From positions 1 to 26,369 of IMG/VR virus record IMGVR_UViG_3300022885_000070: a stretch of DNA of 26,369 nt; one strand, given 5' to 3'. A program made the position numbers and the translations under genes. Each line of letters starts with the position of its first letter. The stretch's first letter is position 1. A model generated the notes under the pieces. It searched no databases, was not told the origin of the DNA, and saw only the letters and a program-made list of their open reading frames with translations. This DNA comes from a virus. Its lineage: Duplodnaviria; Caudoviricetes. Below are positions 8,297 through 18,269 of this stretch, in pieces.

Positions 8297-10090
8297 ATGA
8301 CATACGATCTCAAAATTATAAACGACATTAAAACAAATCTCATAAAAACAGATGGAGAAACCGTAAATTCCGCAATTATTCGACGGGATTGGTTCAAGTC
8401 ATCGGAAACATATAAAACTATATTAAAAATTACTCATTTTTTGGATATCAAAAATCCATCAGTAAGTGAAAGAATATATTGTATTATGAATGGCATAGAA
8501 AAATCTCCTACATGTAAATTTTGTAATATATACGAGAAAAGGTTTGTATCATCTAAGCAAGGATACAGATCATGTATCAATAAAAAATGCCAAAGAATGT
8601 ATAAAAAATGGAAAAGTCCATCAAAAAATAAAATAGATAATTATGCTCAATTATGTTTGGAACTATCCGATAAATTTAAATCAAACCAGTATAACCTATC
8701 AGAAATCTCTAAATTAAAAGAATATATAGAGATGAAGGTAGATAGAAAATATAAAAATATATCATATGTAAATCCGAAGATTATTAAAAATGATTTCGAT
8801 TTTCTTTTAAGTGCCGTATATTATACCCAAGATATATTACCACTAACATCTGATAAAACATCTTTAAATATGAGCGAACGGTATTTTTTAATAGTAAATG
8901 ATCTAAAAACACCCCAAAAATGTTTGTGCGGTAATAATAGAAAATTTTTGAATTTTTATTCCGGATATCAGAAAGAGTGTGGAAATGTATGTAGGCGCGG
9001 GAAGAGGTTAATAGAAATTAAAGACAATGTTTTAGACACCCAAAATATGACAATATTATCAGATTTTAATACTCTAAAAAATAATACGTTTCAAATCCAA
9101 TGTAATGAGTGCAATAAGATCCATGAAAGATCGTTAACCAATGCGCGTTGGATGGATATATATTGTCCAACATGTTATGGTGATGCTAATTCTTCAAAGG
9201 AAGAAAAAGATGTTTTGGCGTATATCCAAACCTTATATTCTGGTGAAATATTAGAAAATTCCAAAATCGATAATTTAGAAATAGATATTTTGTTACCCGA
9301 TATAGGTGTGGGGTTTGAATATGATGGTCTTCTTTGGCATTCTTTTGGATCAAACTTTCCTAACAATCAAGACAAAGAAAAAAATAATAAAAATAGAGGA
9401 TTAATAAAAACCAAAAAATGTGAAGAATCTAATATTAAACTTTTTCATATCAATTCAGATGAGTGGTATTCTCCAAATAATAAAGATATCTGGAAATCTA
9501 TGATTCGTAATGCACTGGGAAAATCTAATAGAATATATGCACGAAAATGCTCTATTGTTAACGATCTACCATTCGAAGAAGTCCGAAAATTTCTAGAAAA
9601 TAATCATTTACAGGGGCACGACAAAAGTCCTATAAGATCTGGATTATATTTTGATGGGGAATTGGTCTCTATTATGACATTTTCAAAACCCAGATTTAAT
9701 AAATCATATGAATATGAACTTGTTCGTTTTTGTAATAAAAAAAATTGTGGAGTTATTGGTGGTGCTTCTAAACTATTTTCGAACTTTCTAAAAATTTACA
9801 ATCCTCTATCTGTTATCAGTTATGCCGACAGACGGTATAGCGGTGGTAATTTATACAAATCGTTGGGGTTTTCGTTTAAAGAAAATACAAGAATTGGATA
9901 TTTTTATATTAAAAATATCGGAACCAAAACATATAAAAAAGTATCTAGAGTTTCGGCCCAGAAACATAAACTCCCAAAGTTCCTAGAAAAATTTGATGAA
10001 AATTTGACCGAAGTTGAAAATATGTTTATGAATGAGTATAGAAGAGTTTGGAATTGTGGCAATTCTACATTCATTTATCGTAGACTGTAA
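8297..10090 (+). CDS. Free-standing homing endonuclease, Hef-like (Vsr/DUF559-type nuclease with Zn-binding repeats and a C-terminal GNAT-like domain)
   Basis: Nuclease motif EIDILLPDIGVGFEYDGLLWHS; C-terminal IYARKC, FLENNHLQG, YELVRFC, GGASKLF, ISYADRRYSGG, RVWNCG; two SER(I/Y)...CxxC repeats; Lys/Asn-rich and more AT-rich than the flanking genes. ATG 8297 is preferred over TTG 8273, which overlaps the predicted -10. Confidence 0.85.
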   Translation: MTYDLKIINDIKTNLIKTDGETVNSAIIRRDWFKSSETYKTILKITHFLDIKNPSVSERIYCIMNGIEKSPTCKFCNIYEKRFVSSKQGYRSCINKKCQRMYKKWKSPSKNKIDNYAQLCLELSDKFKSNQYNLSEISKLKEYIEMKVDRKYKNISYVNPKIIKNDFDFLLSAVYYTQDILPLTSDKTSLNMSERYFLIVNDLKTPQKCLCGNNRKFLNFYSGYQKECGNVCRRGKRLIEIKDNVLDTQNMTILSDFNTLKNNTFQIQCNECNKIHERSLTNARWMDIYCPTCYGDANSSKEEKDVLAYIQTLYSGEILENSKIDNLEIDILLPDIGVGFEYDGLLWHSFGSNFPNNQDKEKNNKNRGLIKTKKCEESNIKLFHINSDEWYSPNNKDIWKSMIRNALGKSNRIYARKCSIVNDLPFEEVRKFLENNHLQGHDKSPIRSGLYFDGELVSIMTFSKPRFNKSYEYELVRFCNKKNCGVIGGASKLFSNFLKIYNPLSVISYADRRYSGGNLYKSLGFSFKENTRIGYFYIKNIGTKTYKKVSRVSAQKHKLPKFLEKFDENLTEVENMFMNEYRRVWNCGNSTFIYRRL

Positions 10091-10116
10091 GCCTTTTTAT
10101 ATAAGTATTTTAAATT

Positions 10117-10659
10117 ATGAGTGGATTATTAGACCAAACCGGAATTGAAAACTTCTATGATGTAGCATCGGTAAACGATTTTGCAAGAAAAAACTTATTT
10201 AGAGTAGTTGCCCTTGGTGGGCAGAGGTTTAATCTTAATGAACTTATCTATATGGAGACAGCAATTCTTCCTGAAAGAGAGATCACCAACATCCAAATCC
10301 CATTTATGGGATTAGATTTCAATGCGCCGGGAACCGCGAAGTATCCCGGTTCTAGTGATTGGAACGTTCTTTTTCGTATGCCTCAAAACCTTTCTATCCG
10401 TAGAAAGTTAGAAGACTGGTCGAACTACATATTCAACGACCAGACATCAACGGGTGCATATGATATCCCTAATAAGGACGTTTCTAACCAAACTATCATT
10501 ACTCTGATAGATAAGCAAGGAAATCCAATTAGAACATATACACTCTTCGGGTGTTATTGTCGTAAAGTCGGAACCTTTGATTTAGATATGAAAGATACTG
10601 GAACCCTTGTAACAACAACCGCTTCTATCGCATATCAATATTTCCGTTTATCTCGTTAA
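10117..10659 (+). CDS. gp19: Tail tube protein (T4 gp19-like)
   Basis: 180 aa; ARKNLFRV, AILPEREITNIQIPFMG..FNAPG, IRRKLEDW, LIDKQGNPIRTYTLFGCY, IAYQYF; downstream of the sheath; TATAAGTA at 10100-10107. Confidence 0.88.
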   Translation: MSGLLDQTGIENFYDVASVNDFARKNLFRVVALGGQRFNLNELIYMETAILPEREITNIQIPFMGLDFNAPGTAKYPGSSDWNVLFRMPQNLSIRRKLEDWSNYIFNDQTSTGAYDIPNKDVSNQTIITLIDKQGNPIRTYTLFGCYCRKVGTFDLDMKDTGTLVTTTASIAYQYFRLSR

Positions 10660-10686
10660 TTTGATCTTATTTCCATAATTAGTTTT

Positions 10687-11373
10687 ATGGCAACCGGAGC
10701 ACAAAGTCCTTACGAATATTATCTAGAGCTTCTAGGTAATTGGTCAACTAATATAGCACTACCTACTTTATGGTACTGCCATTTTCATCTAGATTCGGTC
10801 AATTGTCTAAAAGGCACTCTAAATAACCAATTAGGTAATTATGAATCTGCTCTAGGAAATAATGGTTGGGGTATCAACAAGGAGAGTGTTAAACACCTGA
10901 TCGATGGACGGTTACAGTATGCAACCGACAGTTTAATTGGTTGTGTATTTGCCAAACAGGTAAATTTACCGGGAGAACTCATAAAGACTAGTCATGAGGG
11001 TTTAGATTATGGTGGATTCATGGCACCAGCAACTACCAATGGTAGACGCGATGTTGAAAATTTACAAATAACTTTACTGGAGACTAATCTATCGTTTCTT
11101 GATTTAGTCATACGACCTTGGAGTATTCTAGTCGGTTATAATGGGTTTGTTGCGCGATCTAAAAAATCCATTAAAAATGTAAAATGTTCTCAATGTGATA
11201 TCGTGATGTTATCAAAGGCTGGGCCTGATAATCCTTTAAGTATTAGAAAGATTTTTAGATTTTATAATATTGCACCAATGGATATTTCTGGGGAATCATA
11301 TAGTCATATGACAGATGCTCTCAAAACAACTCAGGTTAATTTTGCATACGATGGTTACACGGTTCTAGGATAA
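10687..11373 (+). CDS. Tube-fold baseplate/tube junction protein (gp54-like)
   Basis: FAKQVNLPGE, LQITLLETN...IRPW, FRFYNIAPMDISGE, VNFAYDGY match the tube fold; adjacent to the tube gene. Confidence 0.6.
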   Translation: MATGAQSPYEYYLELLGNWSTNIALPTLWYCHFHLDSVNCLKGTLNNQLGNYESALGNNGWGINKESVKHLIDGRLQYATDSLIGCVFAKQVNLPGELIKTSHEGLDYGGFMAPATTNGRRDVENLQITLLETNLSFLDLVIRPWSILVGYNGFVARSKKSIKNVKCSQCDIVMLSKAGPDNPLSIRKIFRFYNIAPMDISGESYSHMTDALKTTQVNFAYDGYTVLG

Positions 11374-11407
11374 GTAGACTTTTACCATTTTACTTGTAAG
11401 TTTTTTT

Positions 11408-12343
11408 ATGCGTTACCATTACACTGTTGAATTACCATTCACCAAAACGGTGTTAACATATAGAGAGATTACCACAGAAGAACAATTGGATTTAGGTAAA
11501 GCGCAATATTCTTTTTCGGATAATTCTTTAGGATATTTTAAATTTGTTTACAACATAGTAGAAAATTGCGTATCTAATAAAGATGATCTATCTAAGATTG
11601 ATATAATAGAATTTATACTATTCTCTATAAAGCTAAGAATCGTAAGTGTTGGGTCATCTATCGAATTATATAGTAAGATCGATGGACAAAATACAAAAAT
11701 AACCTTAGATTTAAACACATTGTTGAAAAATATATACACTCTGATGGAGAAATATACCTACGATTTTTCACATAACGCGATTCGGGTTAAGATAGGATTC
11801 CCATATATTGCAGATCTTCCAGAATTTTTAAGTTTGGAAAACGATTCTAATTCTATATCAGAAACTTTCCCACTTTTTATCAAAGATCTTACCCCATTTA
11901 AATTTAAATTGAAATGGTCAGATTTATCAACAAAATCTAAAAGAATTGTGTTTGGTAATTTACCTGTGTCATTATCCAACGAGATTCAAACCAATATTTT
12001 AAAAACTTTGAAAGGTGCTTCCGAAGAAGATATATTCGCATTAGAAATTTTCAAAGATTTCCGAATCAACATGTATAACAACACTATTCATGAACTTATA
12101 AAATTGGTTTGTTCGTATGATATCAAGAGTATCCATAGTGAAATTTATGTATTATCGGCATTAGGTCCAAATTATATAAAAAGTTTGTCACCCAACGAAC
12201 GAAAAATTTATCTTTCTCTATATATTCAGGATAAGAATACAAAAGGAAACTCGTCAAATCCATCAGAAGGGGCCACAAACGAACAGACAAGCCCCGTAGA
12301 CGCTTTGGCTCTTGAATTTGGGCAAAGCCCTATAAATAGTTAA
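11408..12343 (+). CDS. Baseplate hub assembly protein (gp26-like)
   Basis: YTVELPFTKTVLTYREITTEEQ, IDIIEFILFSIKLRIVSVGSSI, C-terminal YIKSLSPNERKIY resemble T4 gp26/gp51-type proteins. Confidence 0.7.
   Translation: MRYHYTVELPFTKTVLTYREITTEEQLDLGKAQYSFSDNSLGYFKFVYNIVENCVSNKDDLSKIDIIEFILFSIKLRIVSVGSSIELYSKIDGQNTKITLDLNTLLKNIYTLMEKYTYDFSHNAIRVKIGFPYIADLPEFLSLENDSNSISETFPLFIKDLTPFKFKLKWSDLSTKSKRIVFGNLPVSLSNEIQTNILKTLKGASEEDIFALEIFKDFRINMYNNTIHELIKLVCSYDIKSIHSEIYVLSALGPNYIKSLSPNERKIYLSLYIQDKNTKGNSSNPSEGATNEQTSPVDALALEFGQSPINS
12331..12338 (+). promoter_or_regulatory. T4-type late promoter TATAAATA
   Basis: Exact consensus 8 nt upstream of ATG 12347. Confidence 0.65.
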
Positions 12344-12346
12344 AAT

Positions 12347-13171
12347 ATGAGCACCGAAGACATTGTAGAAGAAATTGTAGATAAAAATGAATTTGATTTT
12401 AATAGTGCATTAAGTGCATTATCTGATCTGGTAGACACTTACAGTAGTGATGTATATATCCCATCAACCAAAAGTGATTTGAAACTAAGGGAGATCAATG
12501 CAAACCAACAGAAAGAACTTATTGGGTCATCGGTTGACAATTCTTTATACAACACGGTATTCATTATATCTTTTTATAAAATCCTAGTCGAATTGTTAGG
12601 TGATGAAATCCTCAAAACTTTGACGGTTTTTGATAAAGCATCACTTGTTCTTGGGGTGAGAAAACAAATTTCGGATGTGTTGATGGTTCGCTTCGATGAA
12701 AAATCCGAAGAATCTTCCAAAATTTCTCTCGATGTAATTCTAAAACAAATCAAAAAAAATTATCAACATCCCAAACCCACAAAGTTGGGAGATAAGAAAT
12801 TGTCGGTTACTGTTTCTACACCTTCTATATATACAGAGTTCTTATATGAAGATCTGATGCACAAAAAAGAAAAGACTGTCAATGATATTAAGACATCACA
12901 AGATGTTAAAGACATAATTTCGAAAGAATTTCTAGGAGAGATTTCTAAATATGTTAAATTGGTTAGTATGGGTAAAGATCATATCGATTTTGACACTCTA
13001 ACATTTCCGCAAAAGATTCGATTGGTTGAGAAATTGCCTAGTAGCATCGTTCAGGAGATATTATCAAAGATATCTGATTGGAAAAAAGATCTAGAAAGTT
13101 ATTTAATAGTTTCCGACGATTCTGGTAAGCAAGTTACCATCAAGATAGACCCTATTTTATTTGTTAATTAA
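12347..13171 (+). CDS. Second gp26-like baseplate hub assembly protein
   Basis: VYIPSTKSDLKLREINANQQKELI, LTVFDKASLVLGVRKQI, KIRLVEKLPS; same motif order as the upstream gene. Confidence 0.6.
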   Translation: MSTEDIVEEIVDKNEFDFNSALSALSDLVDTYSSDVYIPSTKSDLKLREINANQQKELIGSSVDNSLYNTVFIISFYKILVELLGDEILKTLTVFDKASLVLGVRKQISDVLMVRFDEKSEESSKISLDVILKQIKKNYQHPKPTKLGDKKLSVTVSTPSIYTEFLYEDLMHKKEKTVNDIKTSQDVKDIISKEFLGEISKYVKLVSMGKDHIDFDTLTFPQKIRLVEKLPSSIVQEILSKISDWKKDLESYLIVSDDSGKQVTIKIDPILFVN

Positions 13172-13195
13172 CTCTTTAGGCCATAATTATTTAAT

Positions 13196-15631
13196 ATGGC
13201 CGAGTTAGACATTGATGCAGTAATTTCGAGATTAACATTTGATCCTATTAATGGGGATGATCTGTTAAAAATCATATTCCAAAATGTAGACTCATCGGCA
13301 ATATCCTCAAGTTTAAAGGATACTGTTATAAATCCCCTTATCAATAAGATAAGATTTTTATACGAAAAAGCCGGGACCAATGTTCAAGATCTAACGAATA
13401 ACAAGGACAAGCTCGCAAAGATATCTGAGCCTGCTGGTTTATTTGAGTTTTCGAAGAAGGCTACCTATGCCAAAGATTTAGGAGAAAAGGTTATTTCTCC
13501 TATAGTGAGCAAACTAAAAAGTTTGTATAGTAAGGTCGAAAAAGAAATTGATGATAATCAAGATGAAAAGATCGGTGCAATGGCTGATCCGACTGGTATC
13601 ATCGAACTTAGAAAAGATTCTAAAGATAGGATAAAGGATGTTATCGATAAGATGACATCGCGTATATCTGGTGATACATCACCAGATATTAAATCCTATT
13701 CCAACCAATCAAATGATTCGGATAATATAAAAATATCGGATGATGGTGTTTCATCGGTCCGATTTAGTGATGGTGGTCTAAAAGAACTTTTATCATCGGT
13801 ATTAACAGTAAAAATTCAAAAATCTGGTAGCGAACAAGATACATTCGATGATCCGTCTGATAAAGGTAATAATATATCGGACGCTCTCGCGCAAGCATTT
13901 GAGAAAATTGGACTTTCTAAAAACTTAGAAAAATTAGAAAGAAGTAATAATTCTATAATAGATGTTCTTAAAGAGTTAAATTTGGACCCCAACAAGACTA
14001 TGGGGATTCTGGGTATGATAGCCGCTGGTGCCGCTCTAGTAGGTGTGGTGGGGATGTTTTGGGGTAGTCATATCAAGCCATGGATCGAAGAAAAATTCGG
14101 TATTAAATTTGATTTTCTGGATAAATTTAGTGGTATATTCGAATCTATAGAAAAATGGTTTTATGTTGGTGGTGCTGCCGCTGGTGGTGCTGCATTAAGA
14201 ATAGGTGGAGAAATTTTTGAAACTGCCGGAAAACTTGGTGAGAAAATGATAGGGAAAGTATTTTCGGCTCTTCTAGGCGAAGGTGCTGAAAAGGGGTTAG
14301 GCGCAGGAACTATGAAGCTATTATCAGGAGCAACCGTTAAAAAGATTCTAGGTAAAACTTTAGGCAATGTTGGTAAGGCCGCTTTGAGGGGAATTCCTAT
14401 TATCGGATCTTTGATTAGTTTGGGATTTGCTATTGACAACTTTCAAAAAGGCAACACAACCCAAGGGTTATTGGATTTATTAAACGGAGTAGTTGGTTTA
14501 ATCCCCGGTGTTGGTATTCCATTGAGTTTAGGTGTGTCTGCATTGCAAATAATGCTAGAAGTACAAACTTTAGATTTGGAAGGATCTGAAAAAAGTTCTG
14601 CACAGGCTAGTATGGTTTGGAGCGGCATTAAAGGTATTTGGGGTACTCTAAAGAAAACTCCGTTCATACAGACCTTTGTGAATTTAAGCGAAGGATTATA
14701 TAAATTAACTACTGGTGATTTTCGTGGTGGGTTTGAACAATTGAACGGTGTTCCGGTTATCGGAACTATCATTACACCCTTTATGGCGTTCTTTGATAAT
14801 ATAGAACACACAAGCGAAGGTGGATTGAGTTTCAACTTTAAAGGTTTTATGAAGGATTTCAAACGCAGAACACTTCGTGGGTTATTATCATGGTTCCCGT
14901 CAGTATTTGGATTTAGATCTAAATTAGCCGATATGATGGGAATGGGTGATGAATTTCGACAAGATGAATATGACTCGTTAGAATCATCCGATGTAACTAA
15001 TGCTGAAAATAATGTAAAGAAAATGATAGGCTCTTCGCCACACTCTCAAGATCGAGAAAGTAGTATATCAAAAAACATAGAAGAACTGAATAAAAAATTA
15101 GAAAATTCTAAAAAACAACTTGAAAATGAAAAGCTTAAAAATTCCGAAATAAGTAGTCTAAAGGCTGTGTGGGATGGTGAATATTTCGCAAACAAAGAGG
15201 GTAGTATGGAACAGGATGTTTCATACTATGCATCGCAACTTAATAAAGAAAGGGGATTATTGGAATTAGAAAAAAGTAAAAAGCGTGTAAAAGCCGATGA
15301 CTTATTCTTACCATCGAAGAGTGTTTATAATCCGTCAAACAATACCCAATATGATTTGGCACCCGATGATAATGTGTTGGCTTACAAATCTGGTGGTATG
15401 TTGGATACAATGTTAGGTGAGATGAAGAATGCAATTCTAACCATGAGTAATACCATTGTTGGTATGCAAAAATCTGATAATTCTCAAGGTTCCAACGTGA
15501 ACGTGAATAATGTATCAAACGTAAGCAATGCATCAGGTGGTGATAGTTCCATGAGTGGTAAACGCGATCCTATATTCGATTCTCGAACAAATTATTGGAG
15601 AAAATATCCCAATGAGAGAAGTTTTGCTTAA
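13196..15631 (+). CDS. Putative tape measure / baseplate hub protein (gp29-like)
   Basis: 811 aa, helical; central Gly/Ala hydrophobic segments with GIPIIG, LIPGVG, VPVIG; coiled coil; C-terminal VNVNNVSNV; position between hub assembly genes and a gp48-like gene. Confidence 0.65.
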   Translation: MAELDIDAVISRLTFDPINGDDLLKIIFQNVDSSAISSSLKDTVINPLINKIRFLYEKAGTNVQDLTNNKDKLAKISEPAGLFEFSKKATYAKDLGEKVISPIVSKLKSLYSKVEKEIDDNQDEKIGAMADPTGIIELRKDSKDRIKDVIDKMTSRISGDTSPDIKSYSNQSNDSDNIKISDDGVSSVRFSDGGLKELLSSVLTVKIQKSGSEQDTFDDPSDKGNNISDALAQAFEKIGLSKNLEKLERSNNSIIDVLKELNLDPNKTMGILGMIAAGAALVGVVGMFWGSHIKPWIEEKFGIKFDFLDKFSGIFESIEKWFYVGGAAAGGAALRIGGEIFETAGKLGEKMIGKVFSALLGEGAEKGLGAGTMKLLSGATVKKILGKTLGNVGKAALRGIPIIGSLISLGFAIDNFQKGNTTQGLLDLLNGVVGLIPGVGIPLSLGVSALQIMLEVQTLDLEGSEKSSAQASMVWSGIKGIWGTLKKTPFIQTFVNLSEGLYKLTTGDFRGGFEQLNGVPVIGTIITPFMAFFDNIEHTSEGGLSFNFKGFMKDFKRRTLRGLLSWFPSVFGFRSKLADMMGMGDEFRQDEYDSLESSDVTNAENNVKKMIGSSPHSQDRESSISKNIEELNKKLENSKKQLENEKLKNSEISSLKAVWDGEYFANKEGSMEQDVSYYASQLNKERGLLELEKSKKRVKADDLFLPSKSVYNPSNNTQYDLAPDDNVLAYKSGGMLDTMLGEMKNAILTMSNTIVGMQKSDNSQGSNVNVNNVSNVSNASGGDSSMSGKRDPIFDSRTNYWRKYPNERSFA

Positions 15632-15639
15632 TTATTTAT

Positions 15640-16800
15640 ATGCCTGATGTTTCTGATAATACAACCACCAATCAAGGGGGGAGTTCTATGATAACAGAAT
15701 CCGAGACTTTGAACCAAGCCAATGATCACACTCGGGGGGGAGGGTTGTATAATATAGTTGATAAAGAAGTTGTTATAAAACTATTCGGTCAAACTGTAAA
15801 GTTTACATATCCTTATGCAAAGCATAAAGGAGATGGTATTATAAATCTACATAGCCAATTTCCGTGGTGTAATTCATCTATGGATAAATCGGAGGTTCCT
15901 GCCATATGCGCCCAAGAATTTGAATTGACATGGGGACAAACCGTGACAAATTTACAAAGGTTATTGGAGGGTGTCGATGAATATAGTGGATCTAAATCTT
16001 TAGATACTTATCTAACAATGTATTCAGGAAAACCAACAGGATTTACATATTATTTTCCACATTTATTAAGGGGTGGAAGCAGTCTACGAGAAATTTCTAA
16101 TACTTGGTCAGCGGGAAATGATTTTAATCTAACTGGTTCGATGTTGAAAGGGTTGAAGGGTAGATTTGAGTCGATTTCAGGACTTGTTGATTTGGGCGAA
16201 GAAATCGCTGGTGGAATTCTCCCCGGTTTTGGTTTCGAAGATACTCAAAAATATGGGGGAACCGCTCCTAAAACCGTAACAGTTTCTTTCCCGTTATATA
16301 ACACCGTCGATACCAAGTCAGCATTTAAGAATTATTGTTTTTGTCTATTGTTCGCGTTTCAAAATCTAAAAACTCGAACAACTATGATGACTTATATTCC
16401 ACCTAAGTTATATAAAATTTACAATGCTGGATATAATGGTGGAATTTATATGCCTTCTGCTACTGTTTCTAAATTTTCGGTTGAAGGTATCGGAACAACC
16501 CGAGTATTAGATGATCAGTTAAAGGATGGGTTAACTAACTCAAGAATATTAATACCTGAGGCTTTTAAGGTTACCATAGAATTTCAAGAAATATTATCTC
16601 AAAGTTCTAATATTATGTTGGGGTCAATGGGTGGTCAACAAGTTGAGGTTATTAATGATAAGGGAGTAGATAAAATTATGGATGTTGCTTCTAATATTAC
16701 CAGTGGTGTAGCAGATGGTGTAGCAGCTATTTCTAATAAATTAGGAATAACACCTCCCGAACCTACGGTGTCTACCGATACTAAACAATTATATAAATAA
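15640..16800 (+). CDS. Baseplate tail-tube cap-like protein (gp48-like)
   Basis: TGFTYYFP, VTVSFPLYNT, YIPPKLYKI, YMPSATVSKFSVEGIG, IPEAFKVTIEFQEI; follows the tape measure and precedes the LysM gene. Confidence 0.6.
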   Translation: MPDVSDNTTTNQGGSSMITESETLNQANDHTRGGGLYNIVDKEVVIKLFGQTVKFTYPYAKHKGDGIINLHSQFPWCNSSMDKSEVPAICAQEFELTWGQTVTNLQRLLEGVDEYSGSKSLDTYLTMYSGKPTGFTYYFPHLLRGGSSLREISNTWSAGNDFNLTGSMLKGLKGRFESISGLVDLGEEIAGGILPGFGFEDTQKYGGTAPKTVTVSFPLYNTVDTKSAFKNYCFCLLFAFQNLKTRTTMMTYIPPKLYKIYNAGYNGGIYMPSATVSKFSVEGIGTTRVLDDQLKDGLTNSRILIPEAFKVTIEFQEILSQSSNIMLGSMGGQQVEVINDKGVDKIMDVASNITSGVADGVAAISNKLGITPPEPTVSTDTKQLYK

Positions 16801-16801
16801 T

Positions 16802-17158
16802 ATGAACAACCCAATTTCAAACCCTAATAAAATGTCATCATATCGCTTTGAGAATTTCTTTAAAGTTTTTACAGACAATGATTACGACTGGTCATTTTAT
16901 AATATATTGAAAAATATATCGATATTTCCAGCCGATGACCCTTCGGTCGAAGATGATTATATTATTCGTCCGGGTGATACGTGGGTTTATATTTCATATA
17001 AATATTACAATACGATGGATTTATATTGGTTGGTGATGGAATATAACAATATTAGAAATCCCACGAAATTCCCAGAAGTAGGCACAAAAATCAAACTTCT
17101 TAATGCTTCGTATGTTTATCCGGTTCTAACAGAACTAAAGAAACAGATTGATAGATAA
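16802..17158 (+). CDS. gp53: LysM-domain baseplate wedge protein (gp53-like)
   Basis: YIIRPGDTWVYISYKYYNTMDLYWLVMEYNNIRNP...GTKIKLL; TATAAATA at 16792-16799. Confidence 0.8.
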   Translation: MNNPISNPNKMSSYRFENFFKVFTDNDYDWSFYNILKNISIFPADDPSVEDDYIIRPGDTWVYISYKYYNTMDLYWLVMEYNNIRNPTKFPEVGTKIKLLNASYVYPVLTELKKQIDR

Positions 17159-17166
17159 GTAGTTAA

Positions 17167-17853
17167 GTGGCAAGAAAACAGAAACCCATTCCAGTAGTTG
17201 ATGATGATATTCTAATCAACGGCCAATTCTATAAAGGTAACGAGCAGTTATTAAATAAGAACGCAAAAATAGGGTTCACTCCAGAGATGTTGGAGGAACT
17301 AAAATCTTGCACGAAGAACGTTTTATTCTTTGCAGAAAGACATTTTAATATCATCACCGAGGATGGTCGAGAGGTTATTAAACTTAGACCGTTCCAGAAA
17401 AAAATTCTCAAGAATCTTAAGAATTTTAAAAGACATGTGTTGTGTTGTACTAGACAGGCAGGTAAAACCACAATTGTTTCTGTATATGCTCTATGGAAAG
17501 CATGTTTCTTTGATCATCAAAGGATTGCTATTCTTGCAAATAAAGGGGAAACTGCCGAACAAATTTTCGAACGAGTTAGAATGGCCTTCGAGAATTTACC
17601 AATGTATCTCAAACCAGCCGTAAAATCTTGGAGAAAAAATGGTTTCGATCTAACTAATGGTTCGAGTATCATCATTAGTTCAGCATCTTCTTCTTCTATT
17701 CGTGGTAGATCGATTAATTGTGTGTCCGGTGATAGTATAGTAACAATGAGAAATAAATTAACAGGAGAAATTTTCAAAATTCCTATGAAAAATATCCCAG
17801 AAAAAATCGGTGGGATAAAATATTCGGATACCGAATTTATTTTAGATGATTAG
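17167..17853 (+). CDS. terL: Terminase large subunit part 1 (aa 1-184, N-terminal ATPase) fused to split-intein N-half 1
   Basis: GTG start; adenine-binding LRPFQ, Walker A TRQAGKTT, IAILANK, FENLPMYL, NGSSI, IRGRSIN; then the intein block A CVSGDSIV. Confidence 0.93.
   Translation: MARKQKPIPVVDDDILINGQFYKGNEQLLNKNAKIGFTPEMLEELKSCTKNVLFFAERHFNIITEDGREVIKLRPFQKKILKNLKNFKRHVLCCTRQAGKTTIVSVYALWKACFFDHQRIAILANKGETAEQIFERVRMAFENLPMYLKPAVKSWRKNGFDLTNGSSIIISSASSSSIRGRSINCVSGDSIVTMRNKLTGEIFKIPMKNIPEKIGGIKYSDTEFILDD
17719..17853 (+). mobile_element. Split intein 1, N-half (44 aa)
   Basis: CVSGDSIVTMRNKLTGEIFKIPMKNI...DD*, starting exactly where the terminase sequence breaks before Walker B. Confidence 0.88.
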
Positions 17854-17927
17854 CTGTATGTCGAATCGTCAAGAATTACCTATTGGTTGGATGAAAAGAA
17901 CCGATCATACAAAAACAAAAAAATGAT

Positions 17928-18269
17928 ATGGCAGATGTAACAAATTACAAAATATTTAAAAATGATGACTTCGAAATCTTAACCAAAGATGGATTTCAGG
18001 ATTTTAAAGGATTAATTGTTGGGAAAAATATAAATAAACTATTATTAACATTTTCGAACGGCAAATCATTATTATGCACTCATCATCATAAAATTATGAT
18101 AGATGATTTAAACTTTATTTATGCACATGATATGGTGGTCGGTGATCACATTTTCGGTGGACATATATTGATATCTTCCGAAAATGTTGAGAACGATGAG
18201 CCTGTATACGAATTTCTAGAAATTGAAAATAATCACACTTATTATGCCAATGATATATTATCCAACCAA
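17928..18269 (+). mobile_element. Split intein 1, C-half (114 aa), Gln-terminated
   Basis: FEILTKDGFQDFKG, block B CTHHHKI, block F/G EPVYEFLEIENNHTYYANDILSNQ followed by Cys+1 at 18270. Confidence 0.9.

Noticed and set aside
15670-15745. Poly-G runs in the gp48-like gene as phase-variation sites
   Set aside because: The runs are short (6-7 G), encode Gly in an intact frame, and nothing here shows variation.
17851-17940. TAG read-through or stop-codon recoding joining terL parts 1 and 2
   Set aside because: Read-through stays out of frame with part 2 and stops at TAA 17938-17940; an extra -1 shift at the A7 run would be needed. Other genes are intact under the standard code.
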